64,000 nt of DNA, taken from assembly GCA_963801355.1 (NCBI GenBank), contig CAWDEM010000008.1, forward strand, positions 2,528,001-2,592,000, read 5' to 3'. The stretch's first letter is position 1; each line of letters begins with the position of its first letter. The notes below the pieces were generated by a model that was not told the DNA's origin, ran no database searches, and saw only the letters and a list, made by a program, of their open reading frames with translations. The DNA comes from Ignavibacteriota bacterium (GTDB lineage: Bacteria > Bacteroidota > Ignavibacteria > UBA10030 > UBA6906). Made by a program: the position numbers and the translations under genes. Shown piece by piece: positions 50,001 to 58,629 of this stretch.

Positions 50001-53000
50001 AAGGGTCTGCAGCCTGCTCCCGGATGAGGGCGTGAAGCTGGTGAGCGTCGGCACAGGATTCTGCACGATAAAATTCTTGGCGTTGGACGTGCCGCCTCCC
50101 GGCGTGGGTGCAAAGACATCGACGACGAACGACCGGGCCGTGTCGATGTCGGACGCCGCCAGCGCGGCCGTCATCCGCGTCCGGTTCACCAGTGTCGACG
50201 TCAGCACTCTGCCCCCGAACCGGACGCTCACGCCGGGGACAAAATTGCTGCCATTCACGGTCAGAACAAGCGGCCCCCCGCCGACCTTCGTACTCTCGGG
50301 AGATAGTGTGGTGATCGACGGCGCTGGGTTATTGATGGTCAGGGCTCCCACGAGAGAGTCGCTTCCACCCCCGGGCGCCGGGTTGGTGACCTTGATGTTT
50401 CTCGAGCCCAGCGCGGCACTTGAATCGACGGAGAAACCGACGCGCAATTGCGTGGGGCTCTCGGCAACCGTGGAGATGTAGGTGATCCCGGTCCCCATGT
50501 CGACAGTGGTCACATTCTTGAGAAACCGGGTTCCGGTGAGGGAAATATACAGCGTCTGAAGCCGGGCGGCGTTCTGGACGGATACCCCTGTCAGGGTGGG
50601 CGCCGGATTGGAAATCGTTAGACCGTTCTTCAACGTATCAGGCCCGCCACCCGGAGGCGCATTGATCAAGATGACATCGCGGGAACCACCCGCGGCGGTA
50701 TCGGTAATGGTCGCCGCTATCCGGAGTTGCGTGGTGCTGTCGATATTCACCGACGTGACAACAATGCCGGGGCCCAGATTCACCGAAGTGATACCATTGA
50801 AAAAGTTCGTTCCTGTTAAGGTGAATTCCACCGACTGGCCGCGCGTGACCGTTGTTGGTGAAATGCTCGCCACATTGGGCAGAGGATTGCTCCCCACCGT
50901 GAACCCCGAAAGGTTCGACGGTCCTCCCTCGGCACCCGAGTTGGTCACGTAAAATTGGCGTACACCATCAAGCGCGGTAAGACTAATAGAGATATTCACC
51001 ACGATAGTGGTATCGCTCGTGACCGTCGTCGAGTTCACGGTTATGTTGACGCCCTGCTGCAACCCGACCTCGCTCACTCCCGGGGCGAAGTTCGTCCCGG
51101 CAATAATCACGTTCATGGTCTGGCCCCGGACGCCGGCAGACGGGGTGAGACTGATGATACTGGGGATATTCTTCACGCGGAACGCCGCGGTCAACGTTGC
51201 GGCACCTCCGCCGGGTGCCGGATTCGAAACGGTCGCATTCCGCGGTCCGAGTGTCGCCGTCGGTCCGGGCCGGACAAGCGCCGTCAGGCGTGTGGGCGAT
51301 TCAACCCTGATGGAATCGACCTTCACGTCTAGCCCCAGGCTGAGGACTGTGACGCCCTGGAGGAAGTTGGTGCCGTTGACGGTGACCGCGACAACCTGGG
51401 AGCGGCTTCCCTCGGCAGGCGAAATGCCTGTAAAGGTCGGGATGGGGTTGCCCACGGTGATTGAGTCAGACATTCCGGTCTTTGAGCCGACGGTGGACGT
51501 GGCCGTAAACGTCCCCCTACCCGCCGTGCCTCCGTACTTCAACTGGAGCGCTGTCAGGTTGGCCACACCGAGCACGAAATCCGACGATTGGTTCAGGACA
51601 TTGTTGGCAAGAGTTCCCAGTCCCGTGATTGCGGAAGGAGACGGCGAAAGACTCGTCGTCAGCGTGACATTGTTCGTTGCCGCATCAAATGTTGGAACAG
51701 CGTTTCCCCAACCGTCCTGTGCCGTGAGTGTATTGATCCCTGTCCACGGCGCACCATTGATTTGCGGGTTCGCCAGCACCCAGGAGAACTTGCCCAGTGT
51801 GGCCGGAGCCACGGTAACGGTCAGGCGATCCGGACCTGCGGCGCTGACAGTATCGTCGGACACAGCGATAGTCGCGGTCTCCGCCTTGTAGAGCGTCATC
51901 ACGCCGTTGGAACCGGCGCTGGCGGTGGCCACACCGTTGGTAAAAAGTATCGACGTGACCGACCCGAACGGTATCAGCGCGCCCGAGTTGTCTGTGACGG
52001 TCGGTTGCGTAAGGGGATTCGTGGATGGATTCGCGCCCGAGAATTTGAGGGACTTCAGCCCCGCATACGTGGGGACCAGGTTGTCCGACGCGTCTTTAGC
52101 CGTAATGGTCAGATTTTGTGGTGCGCCGGCGATCTGCGTACCCGAACCGGTGATCACGAATTTGCCGGCCCCGCCGGGTGTGATGGCCACCTGGAGCGAC
52201 GTCCCGGCCTTGCCTGCCGCGGTCGCCGTGAACGTGCCGGTGCCGATGGCCCCGGTGTACTTCATCCCGATGGAGGTGAGGTTCGCCACGCCGGCGACAA
52301 AATCGCCGGGCCTATTCAGAATGTTGGTGTTTCCTGTTCCGAGACCGGTGACGGCGCCGCTCAACGTCGTGGTGACTGTGACATTCCTTGCCGAGGCATC
52401 AAAAGCTGTCAGCGTATTTCCCCAATCATCCTGCGCGGTCAGCGTGTTTGTTCCGGAGAACACAACACCGTTCACCTGAGGCGTCGAGAGCAGCCATGCG
52501 AATTTGCCGAGTGGCGCTGGATTTACCGTTACCGACAACCTGTCCGTACCGTTTGAAATCCGCGTTCCATCGGTCACAGAAATCAACGCGGTCTGTGCAC
52601 GGTACAATTTCATGACACCGTTGCTGCTGCCGGTGACTGTAGCGACTCCGTTGGTGAATGTCAGCACCGTCGCGGCGCCGAATGATGTTGCTGTTCCTCC
52701 GTTATTGCTGACTGTCGGCGCCGTGGCGGGACTGAGAGAGGAATCGGCCCCGGCAAACGTCAGCGTCTTCGCGCCGGCATAGGCCGCCACCGTATTGCCC
52801 GATGCATCCTTGGCAGTAATGGTCAGGTTCTGCACGGCTCCGGCGATCATCGTGAGAACGGAATCCCCAGCGGAAGTGCGCACAACAAGCCGCGTTGCAG
52901 TCCCTGCTGCAATCTGAATACTCGCAGAGACGCCCGTTTTTCCGCCTCCGGTGGCCGTGAACGTTCCCGCTCCGATTGCGCCGCTGTATTTCATTCCCAG

Positions 53001-56000
53001 AGTGGTCAGATTGGCCACACCGGCCACAAAATCCCCGGCCCGGTTCAGAATATTGTCACCTCCCGAACCGAGACCGCTGACCGCTCCCGCAAGCGATGTC
53101 GTCACCGTGACCGGTGTGGTGGAGGCATCGAAGGAAAGGACCGTATTTCCCCAGTCATCCTGGGCAGCCAGCGTGTTGGTGCCCGCAAACGCCACACCGC
53201 TCGTTTGAGGCGAGGTGAGGCTCCAGGCGAATCCGCCGAGCCCGGCCGGACTCACCGTCACGGTAAGCCGGTCAGCGCCGCTCGCGCTGATTGTCCCGTC
53301 GGTGACGGAGATGATCGCCGTTTGTGCCCGATACAATCTCATTGCGCCATTGCCACCGCCTGAAACCGTCGCAACGCCGTTAGTAAACAGTATCGGCGTG
53401 GCTACGCCAAACGCAATAGCCGTGCCGGATGTATTGGTCACCGTGGGTGCAGAGCCGCTGAGCGAAGAATCCGCCCCGGAGAAAATCAGACTCTTCGATC
53501 CGGTGTACGTCGAGACCGTATTGCCGGATGCATCCTTGGCTGTGATGGTGAGATTTTGCGTGCCGCCGGCGGGCATGGAGGCAACACCGTTAATAACGAG
53601 GCGCGTCGCGCCCCCGGCGACGATCTGTACGGTACCTGATGTGCCGGCCTTGCTTGTGGATGATGCGGCGGTAAACGGCGCGCTCCCCGTCGCTCCGGTG
53701 AAGACCAGTTTTCCGGTGAGGTTCGCAACCCCGCCCGAAAAATCCGAGCCCTGATTGAGAATGTTGTTCGACCCGGACCCGAGACCGGTCACTGTGCCTG
53801 ACAACGGGGCCAGCGCGCTGACGGTGACATTGTCCGATGCCGCATTGAAGCTCGTGACGATGTTGCCGTAGTTGTCCTGGGCAATCAGGGTGTTTGTGCC
53901 GGTGAAGGCAACGCCGCTCTGTTGCGGGGAGGCCAGCGTGAATACGAACTTCTGCAATGCATCCGCAGTGACCGTGACTACCAAACGATCGCCAGGCCCG
54001 GAACTGATGGTGCCGTCCGTCGTGGTCACGGCAATAGTGTCTTTCCCGGCCCGGTAGAGCCGGAGCACACCATTGGCGCCGCCTGAGACCTGTGCCACCC
54101 CACTGGCAAAAGTAATGCCTAACTGTGCTCCGAACTGAATGGCAAACCCATCCTTGTCTGACACCGTCGGATAGGTGATGGGATTTGACGATGCACCGGA
54201 TCCACTGAACCGCAACGTCTTGTCACCCGTGTAACCGGTCGCGACGTTCCCGGAGCTGTCCATGGCCGTTATCGTAAGATTCTGGCTGGAACCTGCTTGC
54301 TGGTTGCTGCTCCCGGAGACGACGAAGCGGGATGTCGTCCCCACGTTGATCGTTACATTTCCCGCTGTTGTCCCCGTCTTCCCTGTCGCAGCGGTGGCCG
54401 TGAACGTTCCTGCTCCCACCGTTCCGGTGTATTTGATTTTTCCGGTCAGGTTCGCCACCCCGCTCGAGAAATCCGAGCCCTGGTTGAGAATGTTATTCAA
54501 TGCGGAACCGAGTCCCGAGATCGTGCCGGAAAGTGATGAAGTGACGGTGACCTGGTTTGCGGAGGCATTGAAATTCGTCGCGGGGTTTCCAAAACTGTCG
54601 ATGGCAGCCACCGTGTTGACGCCGGTGAACGGTACCCCGTTCGTCTGTCCCGAGGTCAGGACAACAGCGAACCGCCCGAGTCCGCCCGGTGTCACAGTGA
54701 CGGTCAACTGATCCGCCGTTGCCGTGGTGATGCTTCCGTCACTCGCCCCCACAGAAGCGCTCTCCACCTTGTAGAGCCGCAGCACCCCATTGTTGCCACC
54801 GCTGGCCGTGGCAATGCCCGAGGAAAACGTGATCGGGGTACTCGCGGAGAAATTGAGCGGATTGCCCGCTGCATCACTCACAGTGGGGCTCTTGCTCTCG
54901 GGAGCGGGTGAAATACCGGCACCGAAAAAGGTCAATGTCTTTGACCCGGAATACCCCGTCGCCGTGTTGCCGGATGCATCACGGGCGGTGATGATAAGAC
55001 CCCTGCCGATGCCGGCGGCTGACGTAATTACCGAGTCTCCGGTGGTCGTCCGGACAACCAGGCGGGTGGCCGTCCCCGCGTTGATCAGGATGGTGGATGA
55101 TGTGCCGCTCTTTCCGCCTCCGGACGCCGTGAATGTGCTGGAGCCCGACGCTCCCGTGTACCTCATCTTGCCGGTAAGTATGGCGGCACCGGAAGAGAAA
55201 TCCGTCGACCGGTTGAGAATATTGTTGCCCCCTGAACCGAGACCGGTGATCGTCCCGGCGAGTGAGCTTGTCACGGTGACGGGTTTTGCCGATGCATCAA
55301 ACGATGAATCCGTATTTCCCCAATCGTCCTGCGCGGTGAGGATGTCCGTCCCGGCAAATGTTACCCCGTTTATTTGAGGCGAAGTCAGACTCCATGCAAA
55401 TTTGCCGAGTGCGCCTGCAGAAACCGTCACGGCAAGCGCGTCATTCCCTGATGAGCTGCGGGAACCGTCCGTGACCGTCACCGTCTTGCTCTGGGCGCGA
55501 TAGAGAAACATGACGCCGTTGTTGCTGCCGCTGGCGGTGGCCACCCCGTTTACGAAGTTGATCGATGTCGCTGCGCCGAACGCAACGTTGGATCCGCCGC
55601 TGTTCGAGACAGTCGGCGCAGTCACGGGGCTCTGTGAAGGGTCGGCCCCCGAGAATGTCAGGCTTCGTGCCCCCGAGTATGTGAGGTCTGTGTTCCCGTT
55701 CGCATCCTTCGCCATGATCCGGAGGTTTTGTGCGGTGCCTGCCTGGATGTTGATCGACGAATCCCCGGCTGCAGTGCGCAGTACCAGCCGCGTCGCCTGA
55801 GCGGCATTCATCTGGATGGAACCCGACGTCCCGGTTTTCCCGGACCCGTTGGTGGCTGTGAATGTTCCCGCACCCCCGACTCCTGTGTACGTCATCCCTT
55901 GGGTGGTCAAATTCGCCACGCCGGAAACAAAATCGCCCGCCTGGTTCAACACATTTGTGTTCAAGCCGCCAAGGCCGGTGATCGTACCGATCAGTGAAGT

Positions 56001-56609
56001 GGTGACGGTGACATTGTTCGAGGAGGGAGAATTGGCATTGTAGGAAGTAACCGTATTCCCCCAATCATCCTGCGCGGTAAGTGTATTTGTTCCCGAAAAG
56101 ACTGTACCGTTCGTTTGCGGCGATGTCAGATTCCAGGCGAATTTCCCCACGGCGGCTGGGTTCACCGTGACCGACAAACGGTCGGTTCCGCTCGAGCTTA
56201 TGGAGCCGTCGGTGACCGAGATGTCCACATTTTCAGCCGAGTACAGACTCATCACACCATTGCTCGACCCTGCAACGGTAGCGACGCCATTCGTGAACTT
56301 TATCGTTGTTGTTGTGGAAAAACTACGCGCTACTCCGGCACTGTCAACGACACTCGGCGGGGTGACCGGGCTGGTGGAAGGATTTGCTCCTGAAAAGACC
56401 AAGCTCTTCAGTCCGCTGTAGCCGGTGAACACTGCCCCGGCCGCAGTTCTGGCCGTAATAGTGAGATTTTTCGACTGGCCGGCTGTCCATGTAACTGTCG
56501 AGTCCCCCGCAATTCGAAGTACCAGCCTTGTCGCTTGCGCATAGGCACCTGCTGCCAGCACAGAAGTGAGGAGCACGCCTGCAAGGACAAAGGTCGAAAG
56601 CTTTCTCAT
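47049..56609 (-). CDS. Giant (3186 aa) repetitive T9SS cargo protein, adhesin/matrix-protein-like
   Basis: Signal peptide ending AYA-Q; 7 bipartite repeats, 10 IPT/TIG-like repeats, 1 FN3; CTD 'LDNNFPNPFNPST...WDGRND.G..VATGVYLARL'. Confidence 0.9.
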   Translation of the reverse strand: MRKLSTFVLAGVLLTSVLAAGAYAQATRLVLRIAGDSTVTWTAGQSKNLTITARTAAGAVFTGYSGLKSLVFSGANPSTSPVTPPSVVDSAGVARSFSTTTTIKFTNGVATVAGSSNGVMSLYSAENVDISVTDGSISSSGTDRLSVTVNPAAVGKFAWNLTSPQTNGTVFSGTNTLTAQDDWGNTVTSYNANSPSSNNVTVTTSLIGTITGLGGLNTNVLNQAGDFVSGVANLTTQGMTYTGVGGAGTFTATNGSGKTGTSGSIQMNAAQATRLVLRTAAGDSSINIQAGTAQNLRIMAKDANGNTDLTYSGARSLTFSGADPSQSPVTAPTVSNSGGSNVAFGAATSINFVNGVATASGSNNGVMFLYRAQSKTVTVTDGSRSSSGNDALAVTVSAGALGKFAWSLTSPQINGVTFAGTDILTAQDDWGNTDSSFDASAKPVTVTSSLAGTITGLGSGGNNILNRSTDFSSGAAILTGKMRYTGASGSSTFTASGGGKSGTSSTILINAGTATRLVVRTTTGDSVITSAAGIGRGLIITARDASGNTATGYSGSKTLTFFGAGISPAPESKSPTVSDAAGNPLNFSASTPITFSSGIATASGGNNGVLRLYKVESASVGASDGSITTATADQLTVTVTPGGLGRFAVVLTSGQTNGVPFTGVNTVAAIDSFGNPATNFNASANQVTVTSSLSGTISGLGSALNNILNQGSDFSSGVANLTGKIKYTGTVGAGTFTATAATGKTGTTAGNVTINVGTTSRFVVSGSSNQQAGSSQNLTITAMDSSGNVATGYTGDKTLRFSGSGASSNPITYPTVSDKDGFAIQFGAQLGITFASGVAQVSGGANGVLRLYRAGKDTIAVTTTDGTISSGPGDRLVVTVTADALQKFVFTLASPQQSGVAFTGTNTLIAQDNYGNIVTSFNAASDNVTVSALAPLSGTVTGLGSGSNNILNQGSDFSGGVANLTGKLVFTGATGSAPFTAASSTSKAGTSGTVQIVAGGATRLVINGVASMPAGGTQNLTITAKDASGNTVSTYTGSKSLIFSGADSSLSGSAPTVTNTSGTAIAFGVATPILFTNGVATVSGGGNGAMRLYRAQTAIISVTDGTISASGADRLTVTVSPAGLGGFAWSLTSPQTSGVAFAGTNTLAAQDDWGNTVLSFDASTTPVTVTTSLAGAVSGLGSGGDNILNRAGDFVAGVANLTTLGMKYSGAIGAGTFTATGGGKTGVSASIQIAAGTATRLVVRTSAGDSVLTMIAGAVQNLTITAKDASGNTVAAYAGAKTLTFAGADSSLSPATAPTVSNNGGTATSFGAATVLTFTNGVATVTGSSNGVMKLYRAQTALISVTDGTRISNGTDRLSVTVNPAPLGKFAWLLSTPQVNGVVFSGTNTLTAQDDWGNTLTAFDASARNVTVTTTLSGAVTGLGTGNTNILNRPGDFVAGVANLTSIGMKYTGAIGTGTFTATAAGKAGTSLQVAITPGGAGKFVITGSGTQIAGAPQNLTITAKDASDNLVPTYAGLKSLKFSGANPSTNPLTQPTVTDNSGALIPFGSVTSILFTNGVATASAGSNGVMTLYKAETATIAVSDDTVSAAGPDRLTVTVAPATLGKFSWVLANPQINGAPWTGINTLTAQDGWGNAVPTFDAATNNVTLTTSLSPSPSAITGLGTLANNVLNQSSDFVLGVANLTALQLKYGGTAGRGTFTATSTVGSKTGMSDSITVGNPIPTFTGISPAEGSRSQVVAVTVNGTNFLQGVTVLSLGLDVKVDSIRVESPTRLTALVRPGPTATLGPRNATVSNPAPGGGAATLTAAFRVKNIPSIISLTPSAGVRGQTMNVIIAGTNFAPGVSEVGLQQGVNITVNSTTVTSDTTIVVNISISLTALDGVRQFYVTNSGAEGGPSNLSGFTVGSNPLPNVASISPTTVTRGQSVEFTLTGTNFFNGITSVNLGPGIVVTSVNIDSTTQLRIAATITDTAAGGSRDVILINAPPGGGPDTLKNGLTISNPAPTLTGVSVQNAARLQTLYISLTGTRFLKNVTTVDMGTGITYISTVAESPTQLRVGFSVDSSAALGSRNIKVTNPAPGGGSDSLVGALTINNPAPSITTLSPESTKVGGGPLVLTVNGSNFVPGVSVRFGGRVLTSTLVNRTRMTAALAASDIDTARSFVVDVFAPTPGGGTSNAKNFIVQNPVPTLTSFTPSSGSRLQTLDLTFTGTNYVPGFTQVDFGAADITTNSITVTGSTQLKANITISASATMGPRDIFLKNPAPGGGNSEKRVFTVANNPVPTIASVYPSEWSRLRTVDLAITGTNFITGVTSANFGTGIIINGPIVVDSSTQLTANVTISATAPTGPRAISVTNAAPGGGTATKPNAFTVFNPGPRLLWLYPSNAQQLQTLNIVFNGQGFIDGVSAVSLGTGITINEQNVLSDTVITANVTITIGAATGARDVVVTNTEPGGGVSVLTNGFVVGNNPAPTLSSISPTTAKRLETLNMVLRGSNFVSGVTTVDLGSDITVNDVVVDSAGKLTANITVTGKAATGARTVFVTNAPPGGGKDSMLNAFTVTNPAPTLTGIAPTFANRSQTLNVVLRGTNFIPATVPSFGSGGDITVNSVTADSARQLTVNITVGATATLGPRNVSVTNPTPGGGTSASMTFSVNLAPPPTPTLIAPSNGQTNLPTTLVLKWDAAGATNYHLQLSTSSLFLTTIVDDSTLTATSRQVGPLSNNVTYYWRVRARNAGGTSSFSSTWSFTPLYPTVYPLSNSWEFPSYATAAEYKVTDYKIAGLPGAGTSLAGAYFTGTVGTDWLIYTDNGTTANYFIKYDGTSAFTFAAGKAYWLIKKDPWTVNTSVPTAVLDTSVSVRIALHSGWNLITNPFLHSVPWSSIQLANDPAARSPIWSYGGVNGFEQSTTLEPYMGYYFFNTDNVAYIRVPYGATSGVWMKADSSAHDGWTVTVAARSGEYTDRALMFGVREDASEGLDRYDYRKPRAMGTLAGTMFVRPDLDSLFTVFATDFRPPVQSLARWPFAVQTPAKEAVTLRFEGIGQIPEGLDVAIIDHVHAKYADLRASQEYLYTPATATGQLTVAVGTHEAMAAVLGDVVPKVFALDNNFPNPFNPSTTLPVAVPHTAEIAVKVYNILGEEVRTLFTGQVEAGRHWLIWDGRNDTGAPVATGVYLARLTAESGVSLVKKMLLMK
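48660..51450 (-). repeat. Ten ~93-aa IPT/TIG-like coding repeats (approximate bounds)
   Basis: Recurring NP.P(T/S)...P....R.....GTNF...G.R...TN..PGGG units. Confidence 0.8.
51455..56537 (-). repeat. Seven ~242-aa bipartite (A+B) coding repeats (approximate bounds)
   Basis: A: ATRLV...NLTITA.DA.GN...Y.G...F.GA...NG.M.LY; B: F...L.SPQ.NG..F.GTN...AQDDWGN...GLG....N.LN...DF..GVANL. Confidence 0.8.
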
Positions 56610-56829
56610 GTCAATCTCTCATTCTATCCCGGTGATTGAAAGCATTAGCAGGCATCAGGTAAACGTCGCAAGGGGACAACATCAGACAATCCGGTCGGAA
56701 CAAAACCGAAAGCACCATCGGCCTGAGGTGTGTGCCATAGATTCCCCGTCGGGGGACTTTACCCCCTTTCGTCTGGCGACCAAGGTGCCATCGAAGAAGA
56801 AGCAAGAAAATCCGCGAATTTCTTAAGAA

Positions 56830-56858
56830 AAGATACAAAGATTTCACCAGTCTGTCAA
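56830..56858 (-). promoter_or_regulatory. Sigma70-like promoter TTGACA-N17-TATCTT for the giant T9SS gene
   Basis: -35 at 56853-56858, -10 at 56830-56835; implies a ~215-nt 5' leader. Confidence 0.6.
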
Positions 56859-56912
56859 GAAAGGGGAATTTGGACCGTAGTACATCAATATACGGGAAGG
56901 GGACCGTGTCAT

Positions 56913-56928
56913 TGTGACCGGGCTCACA
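56913..56928. promoter_or_regulatory. Perfect CRP/FNR-type box TGTGA-CCGGGC-TCACA
   Basis: 10/10 match to TGTGA-N6-TCACA, intergenic, upstream of the promoter above. Confidence 0.55.
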
Positions 56929-56961
56929 CGGCGACTCTCATCACGCTCCGGTTGCCGTCTC

Positions 56962-57861
56962 CTAGTGCAGGAACAACATCACGACGCCGCCGACGGCGAC
57001 AAAGGCGCCGGCGATCGCCCCCCAGGTCAACCGTTCTTTGTGTATGATGCGGACCAGCGGAAGCATGACAATAGGGACGGTGGCCATCAATGTGGCGGCC
57101 ACGCCGACGGTGGTATGGGCCACCGCCATCAAGCTTGCAGAGATGCCAAGGAAGGGACCGAGCACGGACCCCAGCACGGTCAGACCGAGGGCTTTCCGGT
57201 CGTTCGCGAAGGTCCGCACGGGATGGGTGACACGGCCGAGGAGTATCATAACGGGGAGTAGCACAAGGAGAGCTGCGGAGATGCGCAAAGCGGCCGCGAC
57301 AAAACCGTCAATCGCCCCTTCGAGGAACGCCAGCTTGGCAAAGATCAGACCGACTCCCTGCGTGATCGCCGCCAGAAACGCAAAGAACACACCCGATGCC
57401 AGGCCTTCTGTCGCGTGCGCGGGCCCGAGCCGCCGCTCGTTCACGACGATGACAATTCCGGTGAGAGTCACAACCACACCGGCCACCCCCAGCAGCGGGA
57501 GCCTTTCGTCCAGCACCACGTACGCAAGCACAGCAGCAATGGCGGGAGCGGCGGACATGACCAGCATCGCGATGCGCGGGCCGATGTGCCGGTATGCACG
57601 GAACAAGAATGAATCACCCACCGCCAATCCGATCACACCGCTTGTGCCAAGATACAGCAGCTGCGTGCGGCTCAGAGCCGCATCGTATCCCAGAATGAGC
57701 AGCACCGGAGCCAGGCAACAGAGGGCGAAGATCAGGCGCGATATGTTCACGAGCACCGACCCCACCCGTGCCGTTGCCGCCGAAAAGACAATGGAACTGC
57801 CCGACCAGAATATGGCTGTAAGCAGACCGCAGAGTTCACCGAAGAACGGCATGGTGCTCAT
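56962..57861 (-). CDS. DMT/EamA family transporter
   Basis: 10 TM segments in two repeats; SGVIGLAVGD and ERL motifs. Confidence 0.9.
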   Translation of the reverse strand: MSTMPFFGELCGLLTAIFWSGSSIVFSAATARVGSVLVNISRLIFALCCLAPVLLILGYDAALSRTQLLYLGTSGVIGLAVGDSFLFRAYRHIGPRIAMLVMSAAPAIAAVLAYVVLDERLPLLGVAGVVVTLTGIVIVVNERRLGPAHATEGLASGVFFAFLAAITQGVGLIFAKLAFLEGAIDGFVAAALRISAALLVLLPVMILLGRVTHPVRTFANDRKALGLTVLGSVLGPFLGISASLMAVAHTTVGVAATLMATVPIVMLPLVRIIHKERLTWGAIAGAFVAVGGVVMLFLH

Positions 57862-57869
57862 TGACGGCG

Positions 57870-58604
57870 TCAGGGAACTCCCTCGAGAGAGAGCCTTGCG
57901 AGGTATACTTCGATTCGTTCTCGGAACAGCGTGAGGTAGGTGAGATCCTGCAGATCGTACTGTTCAGGAAGATGGAGGCACACGACGCGTTTCATCCTGC
58001 CGGCGGGTTTGAGCCGGCGCCGGAGAATGTGCCGCATCCGCTTCTCCATCACGACGATCACGTCCGCCCAACCCATCAGTTCTTCCTCCGCAACGGAAAA
58101 CGGCTCATCGCCCAGGGATACGGTCCGGACGACAACCCGGGAATCACCATCCAGCATCTGTTCGGGAAAGATACGGGACGGGTCGCCGCGGGCATGGACG
58201 AACAGGAGCTTCATGGGACCGGTCCGGGAATGGCCTCTCTGTTCAATGGAGGTTCCCGACAATCGCTCCGCACACTCTGCCGGCGAAGCCTCCACGAGAA
58301 CAGGATTCGGATCACCGGACTGCATTTTGATAAAAAGCCGCGTCCACTCGAGCAGTTCCTGCTTGTCGAAATCTTCCCGGCGCACAAGCATGTCCATCGC
58401 GTCATCGATGACATAGTCGGCAGGGCCGAGCCGCTCCAATTTCTCTTCACGTGTGCCGCCGGTGAACGAGTGCAGCCCTTCAAGAGTGAACCAGTCAGGG
58501 GAGAGATGTGCGCTGCCGCCGGGCGGAATGAGGTACACGTCTTCCAGCGCAACACGCGCCGTAGAGTCAGTCCAGGGAAACGGGAGACAATATTTCCACT
58601 CCAT
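57870..58604 (-). CDS. Hypothetical N-domain fused to a degenerate LMW phosphotyrosine-phosphatase-like domain
   Basis: C-half from 58214: MKLLFV...WADVIVVMEKR...KRVVCLHLPEQY; the catalytic CX5R is absent. Confidence 0.55.
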   Translation of the reverse strand: MEWKYCLPFPWTDSTARVALEDVYLIPPGGSAHLSPDWFTLEGLHSFTGGTREEKLERLGPADYVIDDAMDMLVRREDFDKQELLEWTRLFIKMQSGDPNPVLVEASPAECAERLSGTSIEQRGHSRTGPMKLLFVHARGDPSRIFPEQMLDGDSRVVVRTVSLGDEPFSVAEEELMGWADVIVVMEKRMRHILRRRLKPAGRMKRVVCLHLPEQYDLQDLTYLTLFRERIEVYLARLSLEGVP

Positions 58605-58629
58605 TAGTGCTCGCGGCAGTGAACAGGAA

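Noticed and set aside
46791-55800. Many V/P/A-rich + strand ORFs over the giant gene
   Set aside because: Mirror frames of the Thr/Gly/Ser-rich repeats
48660-56537. Possible CRISPR array or DNA tandem repeat
   Set aside because: Repeats are in-frame protein domains, diverged at nucleotide level, with no identical short repeat-spacer pattern
56711-56789. Assignment to a known riboswitch class (c-di-GMP, FMN, cobalamin)
   Set aside because: Only a T-loop-like GGGGUAAAGUCCCC resemblance; class-defining conserved nucleotides are absent
56611-56847. 78-aa - strand ORF upstream of the giant gene as a leader peptide
   Set aside because: Starts inside the predicted promoter, has no SD and no recognisable features
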